A stretch of DNA of 64,000 nt, from positions 466,654-530,653 of the forward strand of contig OZ251993.1 in the NCBI GenBank assembly GCA_965246895.1. The letters run 5' to 3'. Made by a program: the position numbers and the translations under genes. Positions within the stretch are counted from its first letter, which is position 1. Each line of letters starts with the position of its first letter. Under the pieces are notes generated by a model. It saw nothing but the letters and a program-made list of their open reading frames with translations, had not been told where the DNA came from and did no database searches. Below, in pieces: positions 53,199 to 61,908 of this stretch. Source of the stretch: Alphaproteobacteria bacterium. GTDB taxonomy: Bacteria > Pseudomonadota > Alphaproteobacteria > JAIXQD01.

Positions 53199-55745
53199 AT
53201 GCGGCCTTGTGACCTGCCATCAATATTAGAACTTCCATTTCAACAACGCCGAAAGGCGATTGCGGAGCTATTTCTCAATAGCAATCTAAATTTCGATCAA
53301 GCGATTGAACAAATTGATCTTCTTAGATCCTTAGTAGCTGCAGAAAAACCAAGCGAGTTAGAAAATTTTGAAGACCAAGTTTTGCTGGTTCTTTCATTTA
53401 TGGAGAAAGGATCTGCAAACCAGCGAATTGATTTAAGCACCCCAGAACATGAACTGCTATGGGGGATTAGTCTGGCTGCTGCATTTACCGATGAAAAAAT
53501 TTCTGCTGTCTGGCCTGAAGAAGCAAAAAACCAACCGTTTAGATTGCTGCCAATTGGTAGTCAGTTGTTAGGTACAGATCTATATTCACGTGAGCTGGGT
53601 ATTGCGCAGCTTGAAGCGGCTAGTCTCATCAAAGCTAGAGTTCAGATTAACTGGGCCATACCTCATGAAGGTTATCCAGGACTTGCCTACGCTTACAATT
53701 CTCATCTAGACCGTATTCATCTCGACCCTGTCTGGCACTTAATCATAGGTAGTGAAAACGCTATTGGCGCTGTTGCTCACGAAATTGCCCATGGCATTGG
53801 CACAAGGTCATTCACACCTAAGTTGCAAAAGCTGCATGATCAGCTTGAAGTGATGCAGAAAAAACCACGTAAGGATTGGGGTGAAGACGATTATATTGCA
53901 TTTACCCGAGTCAATGCTGAGTGGTACGTCCGGTTTTTGATATTTGACGAAGCTGAAAATAATTATGCAAATCGCTTTGCGGCAAATCGCACAAGCATGA
54001 TGGCTACAAACTATTCAACAGCTTTAAATTACATCGAGTCGTTGCTTGTAAGCTCGGAGCATGAGCCACCACCAGTTTACGAAATTGATGAAGCTGACAA
54101 ACCTAAGGAAGAAGTTAAAGCAGAAGTTCCTCCGGAATATGCTAAGTACCTTCGCAATATTAAGCGCGTCATCCGCTACAACTTCTTTAAGAATAACGGT
54201 CTAATCGAAGATACGGAAGTCGGTTGGAAATCTGTCAACGTCGATATCGATTTCCTGTATTCCGGTCGTTCAGAGAAGACTGAAGTTTTTGGTAGTGGTG
54301 AAGCTATTCTAGAGAACGTACTTCACACCTGTCACGAATTAGAAAAGACGCAGCCTCAACAACGCGAGAGACTTTTCCTCAGCCCTGAAGCTATGCAGCA
54401 ACGGGCAGATGAATGCTCTGAGGCAAGAAACATTATTATTGATGAATTATTTGACCGTCATCTAAGTCATATTCTTTCTGAACTTGATCGTGATGCTGAG
54501 AATGAAGCAAAAGAATTGCTCGAGCGGGCTGCAGCCGAAGGCATAAACATCGCAGAAACCCAGCCGTCTATTTTTATTCCTGGACTTGGGCGCATCTCTG
54601 TATGTGATCTCCCTCCTGAAAAGCCTGAAGATCTTCGTGTACCTAGTGATGGTATGGGCGAAGAATGCGAGGGCGAGGGGTATGATGGCAAAGCAGAGTC
54701 AAATATTGATCCTGAAATCTGGAAAGAAGATAAGCCGAGCTTTGGTGGCGGTGGCCGAGGGCCAGGTGGCGGTTACTCTGATGCAACGCCAAAACTGCGT
54801 GAATCAACAGGTGATGGTTCTTGGTACAATGCCGTTGTGGCGAAGTATAGCGGGGCGGCTACTGAGGTTGCACGTATGCTACGAGCTATCGAAGAGCGAG
54901 TAATCATTCTTCAAGATGATGAGGTTGATCGCTATAGCCTCTATCCGGAAGACGGCAATCCTAGCCGCATCGATACAGGTACGATCTATAATCGAATGAT
55001 CAAACTCCAGACAGGCCAACCTATAGATGAAAATACGATTTCTCATTTTAAGATTGATCTTCCCGTGAGCCCGGCTTGTCCTCCATCTGATATTGTCATA
55101 GCGGTCGACGGTTCAGGCAGCATGCGCGGGGAGCCGGTTGAAACTGCTATGTCAGCCGGATGTATAGTTCACGCCGGAGCACAGATGCGTGATCGCCGTG
55201 TAAATCTTATTATGATGGGTGAGCCAAAACCTTTGGAAGTTGCTAAGCCAGGTGACTCACCTAGCGAAATTGCGCGACGCATCGAAGCCCTTAAAAAGGG
55301 CGACGGCGGTTCGCGTGACTTTTTATCGCCAGTGGTTAAGTTGGCGCTCGAATTTACGATTAACCAGCGCCGCATAACGAATGAATTGCAAGGCAAAACA
55401 AGTCTGTTTTGTATAAGTGATGGTGGATTTAGTGATGGCCAGCGTGCCTTGCAATCCATGACAGAAATTGCAAAATTATGCCCTGGCTTTAGTTTGGATT
55501 TCATTTTTATCGTAAAAAACTACGAGCCTACTGGTGTGATTAAGCATATTCACGCTTTAAACAGGTCGCCAAGTAAAACGAAAATTGGGTATGTGACTGC
55601 AAAAAAACTATCAGACATACCAGGAGCATTAGTAAAGCTTCTCGATAGTCGCTTGAAAGCTAGTGGGGAAAGTGAAGCGCAGCCTTACTCCCTCAAACGC
55701 AGTCAGTTTATGAGAGCTCATAGTAGAATGAATTGGAGTTTTTGA
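53199..55745 (+). CDS. HExxH metallopeptidase-like domain, acidic/Gly linker and vWA domain
   Basis: AHEIAHG plus downstream DEAENNYAN; MIDAS VDGSGSM and ISDG. Confidence 0.85.
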   Translation: MRPCDLPSILELPFQQRRKAIAELFLNSNLNFDQAIEQIDLLRSLVAAEKPSELENFEDQVLLVLSFMEKGSANQRIDLSTPEHELLWGISLAAAFTDEKISAVWPEEAKNQPFRLLPIGSQLLGTDLYSRELGIAQLEAASLIKARVQINWAIPHEGYPGLAYAYNSHLDRIHLDPVWHLIIGSENAIGAVAHEIAHGIGTRSFTPKLQKLHDQLEVMQKKPRKDWGEDDYIAFTRVNAEWYVRFLIFDEAENNYANRFAANRTSMMATNYSTALNYIESLLVSSEHEPPPVYEIDEADKPKEEVKAEVPPEYAKYLRNIKRVIRYNFFKNNGLIEDTEVGWKSVNVDIDFLYSGRSEKTEVFGSGEAILENVLHTCHELEKTQPQQRERLFLSPEAMQQRADECSEARNIIIDELFDRHLSHILSELDRDAENEAKELLERAAAEGINIAETQPSIFIPGLGRISVCDLPPEKPEDLRVPSDGMGEECEGEGYDGKAESNIDPEIWKEDKPSFGGGGRGPGGGYSDATPKLRESTGDGSWYNAVVAKYSGAATEVARMLRAIEERVIILQDDEVDRYSLYPEDGNPSRIDTGTIYNRMIKLQTGQPIDENTISHFKIDLPVSPACPPSDIVIAVDGSGSMRGEPVETAMSAGCIVHAGAQMRDRRVNLIMMGEPKPLEVAKPGDSPSEIARRIEALKKGDGGSRDFLSPVVKLALEFTINQRRITNELQGKTSLFCISDGGFSDGQRALQSMTEIAKLCPGFSLDFIFIVKNYEPTGVIKHIHALNRSPSKTKIGYVTAKKLSDIPGALVKLLDSRLKASGESEAQPYSLKRSQFMRAHSRMNWSF

Positions 55746-58423
55746 TGATAAATAAGACCATTAAGTTCGGCGGCCCTGCAACGCCAATTCCTACTTATGA
55801 TCCTAAGACAGGTCATGTTGGCGCTCTATGTAGCTATAGAAGTGAGATCAATTTTGTCACTTTTCGAGACGATATTAGTCGCAGCGGCTCTATGCAAATC
55901 CAAGGCGATGATGACCGTATTACGGCTAATGAAGCGCTGTATGCCGATCTCATTCGCAATTTGCCTTCCCGGCAAATGCTGCCGCACCTTATCCATGAAC
56001 TGACTGAGCGCGATCCGACTCGTACAGATTGGAATAAAAGAAGCATGGTCTGCCGATACGAAGGGCCGCCTTCCATTGGTAAAAGTTTTCTTATCAAAGC
56101 CCTCGGCAAGCTAACTCACCCTAAGGGTGTTTTGTATCTAAATTGTAAAGACGTCGATATGGGCGTTCTTTTCTGTGAAACTGTGTTCGACACAAGCGCA
56201 GCCAATACAGAGAAAGCAGCTATTGATGCCCGCGTATTGCAAGGTAATGCTGGCAGTGAAGGTGGCCTAAAGCCTGAAAGTCGTATCCTACTCAAACAGA
56301 TTTTGGGCTCTGCATATATTGAAGACGAGCTAGGCGACTCGGTGTTGACCTCGATTGACTGGAACGGAATTCAGGTCAAAGGCAATAGTATTGAAGAGCA
56401 AGCCTATCAAGAGCAGGTTGTGCGTGAGGCTATCAAACAGGTTTGCGAGTTAGAAGGCATTCGAACAAACTCAGGTTTGAGCCAAATCGGCATTACGACA
56501 CGGGACGGCATGGCTGTTCGTGCAGCTGATCCGACTTCAGCAGACTATTGCAGGCCAATTCTTTTAGACGAGTTAATGCGGTGCAAGCATGGCACTGACC
56601 AGAAGCTATTTGAGTGGGTTGCCATGCTGTCAGATCCACTAGTGGACTATGTTGAAGTGATAGCCGGTAAGAACCGGCATGTGCGTCTTTATCGCCGTGA
56701 TCTACCAGCGACCTACCGTGTCAACATTACGGATAATCCTAATGTGCGCGGTATGGGCAGTGCAAGCATGAGCAAGCCACTTAAATCGCGCTTGGGATTT
56801 GAACTTGATGACAGGATTGTGCCAGATCCTGGCTTGCCAGATTATGCAGATCGTATCGCCCAATTCCTAACTGGCTTCGGTGCGTTACAAGTTTATTATG
56901 CAGGGAAGGAGTTTTTTGATGCCCATCCCAGCAGCTTGCGTCAGTTAGCTACAAATTATTTGCGAGCTGGAAAAACAGACGCTGCAATCAGCCGCATTTC
57001 CAATGAAGATCTTACCAATATTGAAAATATCGAGTCTGTCATTGAGCTTAGTGAACAGCTGGGCCGCTTCTTTGCCGACCTAAAACCCATGTTCAATCCA
57101 AATTCCACATTTCATCAGCAGCAGGGGACATCGGTAAGTCACGCTTACGAAGATTATCTTAGCAGCGTCGAGATTGATTTGCGGCTCGTTACAAAGTTAT
57201 TAGAAAAAGCGCTAACTGATGCACCAATACCTTCAAGTCCAGCCAAAGCGAATTTTTCTTCGGCTTTTCAGTTCGGCATTGATTCCGGTAAGTCTGCTAA
57301 GGCAGAGCCAGCACCAAATCGCGGCTTAAGACTTGAAAATTATATTGTTGGATGGCTTGAGCGTGTATTTGTACCAGCGGATGCTGATTTGCGTGGCATC
57401 AATAAAGACGAGTGCAAGAAGCTTCTAGATATTGCCTTAAAAGCGGCAGCCAACTGCGGCATTGGTGATCCAGAGCTACGTGAAGCCGACAAAGGCGATG
57501 TAAAAAGAATTTGCGATCTTTACGATTTCAACCCTTACGCGGGACCGATGGGAACACTGCTTGTTGTTAGAGACATCGTCGTTGGCAAGGTGCGTGAACA
57601 GTACGCCGAATTGCAGGAGGCGAATGACCAGCTTCCCAATTTGCCGGAAGATAACGAGAAAATACTCTCTACTTTGGAGCTAGAGCAGGCATTAGACCAT
57701 GTTGCCCGTTTGGAGAATATTTCACGGGCAAACCAGCCTTCGTCCATCGTACTTCCAAACTTTAATCCCGACGACTTTATGGCTTCGCCCTTTAGCGCAT
57801 GTATTGTCAACGATACAGCGCAAGCTGGCGCAGGTATGACTGATACGCCGATAGATAAGGATGCTTTATTAATCGGCCTGGCTCACCCTAAACTGCGAGA
57901 TCAGTCTGTAGCAGCTTTATTTAGCAAAACACTCGTGAGCCGTGCAGACCTAGCGCAGTCAGATCCTGCAATCCAAGTTAGTGCTAAACAGTCGGATACT
58001 GGTTTCGGTCTAACCAGCTGCAAAGTTCTGAACGGGGATACTGAAGAAACGCTTCATCTATTTTCTGCGAAAGATGGAGCGCTGTTAGTCGTTGGTGGCC
58101 AGATTAATGAAATGACCGCTAATTTGCTAAGAGCTTGCCGCGTTACTTATGCTGAGCGTGGGAGCGCCAATGCCGAGAGAGTTATTGATGGTTGGGCTGA
58201 GGGAGCCTTCAAACAACAGGACGTTCTTTCAAGCCGTGCGGAAACCGATGCTCTATTGAAGCGTGCTTTCATCTTGCGTAACGGCAATGCCGGTGACGAA
58301 GAGGCGCTGCTTGCTTTACCCCTTCCTGAACTTGTTTTTAATGAAAAATCCGTGCCTATCCGCCCCGTAGTGGTAATTCACCAGAATGCCAACCGGGCAT
58401 TAGCAGCAATGAGTAGAGGTTGA
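55745..58423 (+). CDS. Large MoxR/dynein-like AAA+ ATPase
   Basis: Walker A GPPSIGKS, Walker B ILLDE, TDNP sensor, MSKPLKSR Arg finger; TGATG coupling. Confidence 0.82.
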   Translation: MINKTIKFGGPATPIPTYDPKTGHVGALCSYRSEINFVTFRDDISRSGSMQIQGDDDRITANEALYADLIRNLPSRQMLPHLIHELTERDPTRTDWNKRSMVCRYEGPPSIGKSFLIKALGKLTHPKGVLYLNCKDVDMGVLFCETVFDTSAANTEKAAIDARVLQGNAGSEGGLKPESRILLKQILGSAYIEDELGDSVLTSIDWNGIQVKGNSIEEQAYQEQVVREAIKQVCELEGIRTNSGLSQIGITTRDGMAVRAADPTSADYCRPILLDELMRCKHGTDQKLFEWVAMLSDPLVDYVEVIAGKNRHVRLYRRDLPATYRVNITDNPNVRGMGSASMSKPLKSRLGFELDDRIVPDPGLPDYADRIAQFLTGFGALQVYYAGKEFFDAHPSSLRQLATNYLRAGKTDAAISRISNEDLTNIENIESVIELSEQLGRFFADLKPMFNPNSTFHQQQGTSVSHAYEDYLSSVEIDLRLVTKLLEKALTDAPIPSSPAKANFSSAFQFGIDSGKSAKAEPAPNRGLRLENYIVGWLERVFVPADADLRGINKDECKKLLDIALKAAANCGIGDPELREADKGDVKRICDLYDFNPYAGPMGTLLVVRDIVVGKVREQYAELQEANDQLPNLPEDNEKILSTLELEQALDHVARLENISRANQPSSIVLPNFNPDDFMASPFSACIVNDTAQAGAGMTDTPIDKDALLIGLAHPKLRDQSVAALFSKTLVSRADLAQSDPAIQVSAKQSDTGFGLTSCKVLNGDTEETLHLFSAKDGALLVVGGQINEMTANLLRACRVTYAERGSANAERVIDGWAEGAFKQQDVLSSRAETDALLKRAFILRNGNAGDEEALLALPLPELVFNEKSVPIRPVVVIHQNANRALAAMSRG

Positions 58424-58424
58424 T

Positions 58425-58700
58425 ATGCAAGATGTAATCTCATCCTTACTTGATTTGGCCATAAATCAAAGCGCCGATGCTTTAGAAGGTTCAGATGGGC
58501 GCGTAAGATTTGTGGCTGGATGGCGAGCCGCATTGTTACGGAGTAAATGCCAGGTTGCGACAACACTCGGAGGGTTTGAGCAAGCCTTAGAAGAGGGCGC
58601 TAAAGAAATATTTGTGCCTGTCCGTGCTTTCGGAATAACGGCTATTCGAAGAATTATGGATCGCGTTCAAAGTGACGCAATTATTTACGTGGAGCAATAA
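58425..58700 (+). CDS. Small hypothetical protein
   Basis: GAGG RBS; fits exactly between its neighbours. Confidence 0.75.
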   Translation: MQDVISSLLDLAINQSADALEGSDGRVRFVAGWRAALLRSKCQVATTLGGFEQALEEGAKEIFVPVRAFGITAIRRIMDRVQSDAIIYVEQ

Positions 58701-60182
58701 ATGTCTTTGAGTCCAGCCAAAAAAAGCATTTTGAACATAAACGCTAATGGGCAAATGGATGCCATCATTACTTGTGCGAAGCGCAAAAAGCCCTTGAGAG
58801 GTATTACGGCTCAGCTGAATGGTATTGGCCAGCCTCTTTCACTAGGTGATTTTGCAACAGCAAATGGCCCTTTAGGCCAGCTGATGTTTAAGCGTGGTCA
58901 AAAGCAGGATTCTGCTATCGATATCATCGATCAGATCCTTACTGAGCTTGCGGAAATAGACGAACTGCCATCTTTTCACGATTGGGTGAGCACCAGAAAT
59001 TCTGAGTATTCCTTGATGGAGTGGGCGACGAAACGTAAGGTGCTGGCTAAAATATTTCAACCACAGTTCTGGGCCGGACGTACTGATCAGATGAATTTAC
59101 TCTGGAATCAAATACCAGAACGCGGGCAGCAGCAAGTTAAAGACTTTTTTCGGCATGTTGCAGAAGCCGAAGGGTTGGGAGATAAGTCTGGCCAACAGAA
59201 AGTAAATGTATCACCTTCAGGACTCTTCGTGCCGAATAATGAAGGTGCAATTCCAGCTGATGATATTCGTGTTTGGCGAAATCTTCAGGACGTAATCGAC
59301 GATGCACCTGTAATTGTGGAAAGCCCAATCATAACCCATGACCATATGGTTCGCCGGGGCAGAGTTCGGGCTAGTTATATAGAATTGGCTTATGCAGCAG
59401 GCGCCTTGCCTGTAGTTCAAAAGTATCTACGTGAGCACGACAGGCCTTTGACTAGAGGCAGCATCGCGCAGGCCGGAATGGGGCATGTTCTAAAAGAAAT
59501 AGATACGGCCTTTATAAATTACTGTCGTCTAGGCAACACTGGAGCTGTTAGTAATTTAATCGAAGCAAAAATTGTTGATTTTGGAGCCATAACTGATCGA
59601 GAAACGCAGCCTGCACCTATTGCTGCTGCTACAGCGGGCCATGCTGAAGTCTTAGATCTATGCTATAGTAATGGTGCTGATCCTGATCTTACATGTGCTG
59701 GTAAGGGGACGCTTACTGCGCTTTGGCAAGCCGCGAGACACAACCGCCCTGCCGCCGTTAGCTCTATTGTACGTGCCCTTAAGGAGAAGCATGCCAATGA
59801 TCCGGTAGCTTATTTGGATTCGCTCCATGCTACTCATGACTCATTAACGCCTCTTGGGGCTGCGAAGAAGCATTCAAATGCAGATACCACGGCAGCGCTG
59901 TCAGATACCTTAATAAAGGCTGCCGAGGCCGTGGCTACATTACCAATAGAGAAGCTTCTGGAAGGACATGAGCAATCTCAAGGCGCTCTTTTTGCTTTGA
60001 AGCGACTTAAAATGCTTCCAGATTTGTTTAGGCCCGGTCTTTGGGTTGGTAATGTACAGGCTATGCAAAATATTGCTGAGATTGTTACTCCGGCTGAAGT
60101 CGACTCACAATTGATTGCAGCTGGTAGGCCATCATTTGGAACTTTAATGACAATCGTTAACGCTCAAACGTTGAAGCGGTGA
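58701..60182 (+). CDS. Ankyrin-repeat-like protein
   Basis: AAATAGHAEVL..GADPD, TALWQAARHN and TPLGAA motifs. Confidence 0.75.
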   Translation: MSLSPAKKSILNINANGQMDAIITCAKRKKPLRGITAQLNGIGQPLSLGDFATANGPLGQLMFKRGQKQDSAIDIIDQILTELAEIDELPSFHDWVSTRNSEYSLMEWATKRKVLAKIFQPQFWAGRTDQMNLLWNQIPERGQQQVKDFFRHVAEAEGLGDKSGQQKVNVSPSGLFVPNNEGAIPADDIRVWRNLQDVIDDAPVIVESPIITHDHMVRRGRVRASYIELAYAAGALPVVQKYLREHDRPLTRGSIAQAGMGHVLKEIDTAFINYCRLGNTGAVSNLIEAKIVDFGAITDRETQPAPIAAATAGHAEVLDLCYSNGADPDLTCAGKGTLTALWQAARHNRPAAVSSIVRALKEKHANDPVAYLDSLHATHDSLTPLGAAKKHSNADTTAALSDTLIKAAEAVATLPIEKLLEGHEQSQGALFALKRLKMLPDLFRPGLWVGNVQAMQNIAEIVTPAEVDSQLIAAGRPSFGTLMTIVNAQTLKR

Positions 60183-61562
60183 ATTTACAAAATCCTCTAA
60201 AGCAGCTTTTGCATATCTGATTCTGCTTCCAACTTTTGTATAGGTAGGCCCAACACCTCTCCAGCGCCAATTATCCAGCAGTCGTCGAGTAACCCCTAGA
60301 TGTTTAGCTGCCTGTTCTGGCGTAACATGAAAGAGGCGAGTATTGTTCTGATCTGTAAGCTCGGAGATTATTTCGACGTATTCGGTTTTGTCACTGTTGC
60401 TCGCGATTTGAAGAAATTGCCCCATCTCGTCATTCACTTTGGTAGCAGCTTCGACTGCAGGGTGAATTGCAAGGTGAGCATATCGGGCCGTGGTCTGGGT
60501 TTGCGAATGGCCTAGGATTTTACCAATAATAGGTAGGCTCAGCCCCATATTTACTGCGCTAGATGCAAAGGTGTGTCTAAGGTCATGCAAACGAACATCA
60601 TTTAATTTTGCCCAACTACGAACATGACGCCACGCTTTCTGCATGTTGACGTAGGCCGATCCAATCGTGAGGTTTGAACATATTACATGTGGGTTGCCTT
60701 CAGTGCGGGGTAGATCCTGCAATATTGAAACAGCTGTTCTACCGAGAGGGATGACTTTAGCGCCTGTTTTAGAGTCAGGCAGACGTATAAGAGCCTTATC
60801 AAGTTCAACCCATTCCCATTTGCAGTATTGGATTTCCCCTAAACGTGCGCCGGTTAATACCAGAAGCCGTATGCAAGCGATTGCATAGATTGAGAGAAGC
60901 TGCTTGTCTTCTGCATTATTTAAAGCCTCGCCTAAACGGCGTAGCTCGTCCGGGGTAAGGTACCGCTCACGCTTGTTTTCTTTAAATTTTTTGAGATGCC
61001 TACATGGATTTGTGCCATCGGGTCGCCAGCCCCAGAGTTCAGCCAGATTGAACATTTTCGAGCATACCTCAATAATTCTGTTCGCATTGATTTTGCGGGC
61101 AGAGTTAGCCTGCTGAATGTTGGCTATATCGCTTTTCGTGACCTCCGCCACTTTCAAATGACTCATGGCGGGCAGAATAAACGCATTTAAGATGCGCTTA
61201 TAATTAACCATCGTCTTAGGTTTTACATGATGGGCACAATGTTCATCCAAGTATCGGTCACTAAGCTCCTTTACAGTCGGGGCGGCTCGGTGGGCTAGTT
61301 TGTCACCTGCAGGGTCTTCACCATTGCGAGCGGCAGCTAACAATGTGGCAGCCTTGAGCCGTGCATCTTCCGCTGTAAAATGGGTGTAGTGGCCAATCGT
61401 ATATCGGCGGGTTTTGGCTCCGTGCCGATATTGAATGAAATAGATTTTACGACCCGTGGGAAACACTCTAACCCCAAAGCCAGGGATCTCTGAATCCACA
61501 ATCTGGTACTCTTTCTCTTTGGGCTGTAAAGCTTCAACCGTTCGTTTTGTAAGTTTAGGCAC
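60144..61562 (-). CDS. int: Tyrosine integrase with N-terminal arm-binding domain and extra C-terminal excisionase-like HTH
   Basis: GFGVRV arm domain; TGARLGE, HDLRH, LGH and TTARY catalytic motifs. Confidence 0.95.
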   Translation of the reverse strand: MPKLTKRTVEALQPKEKEYQIVDSEIPGFGVRVFPTGRKIYFIQYRHGAKTRRYTIGHYTHFTAEDARLKAATLLAAARNGEDPAGDKLAHRAAPTVKELSDRYLDEHCAHHVKPKTMVNYKRILNAFILPAMSHLKVAEVTKSDIANIQQANSARKINANRIIEVCSKMFNLAELWGWRPDGTNPCRHLKKFKENKRERYLTPDELRRLGEALNNAEDKQLLSIYAIACIRLLVLTGARLGEIQYCKWEWVELDKALIRLPDSKTGAKVIPLGRTAVSILQDLPRTEGNPHVICSNLTIGSAYVNMQKAWRHVRSWAKLNDVRLHDLRHTFASSAVNMGLSLPIIGKILGHSQTQTTARYAHLAIHPAVEAATKVNDEMGQFLQIASNSDKTEYVEIISELTDQNNTRLFHVTPEQAAKHLGVTRRLLDNWRWRGVGPTYTKVGSRIRYAKAALEDFVNSPLQRLSVNDCH

Positions 61563-61581
61563 TGCTTCCTTCCAATTCCTG

Positions 61582-61609
61582 TTTACGGACGCATACTGGA
61601 CGCACGAGG
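61582..61609 (+). repeat. Putative integrase arm-type site, right copy
   Basis: 28-bp identity with 11381-11408. Confidence 0.8.
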
Positions 61610-61734
61610 AAGCAAACCAGTGGCAAAACAGGCTAATTAGACGATTGCTTCACGGTGCAGTGAAGTCAACTAAACTATTGAAATATAAAAGAGAATGGGG
61701 TCGTGTATTGCTGTTGAGGGTTCCACTAGACCTA

Positions 61735-61780
61735 GCTCATAACCTGAAGGCCGCAGGTTCAAATCCTGCCCCCGCAACCA
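61735..61780 (+). repeat. attR core (displaced 3' half of tRNA-fMet)
   Basis: GCTCATAACCTGAAGGCCGCAGGTTCAAATCCTGCCCCCGCAACCA with no tRNA 5' half upstream. Confidence 0.92.
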
Positions 61781-61783
61781 GTT

Positions 61784-61808
61784 AGCCCGCTTTTTAGCGG
61801 GCTTTTTT
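61784..61808 (+). terminator. Intrinsic terminator, probably the displaced rrn operon terminator
   Basis: AGCCCGCT-TTTT-AGCGGGCT-TTTTT directly after attR. Confidence 0.85.
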
Positions 61809-61908
61809 GTGCCTAGTGTATTATTCAATAAAACATATCATATTATTCACGGTAACGTAACGATAATACCCTATCGTTGGCTTGGAACAGCTAACCTTTG
61901 GGATTTAG

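Noticed and set aside
61735-61780. A third tRNA-Met gene
   Set aside because: Only the 3' half is present; it is attR
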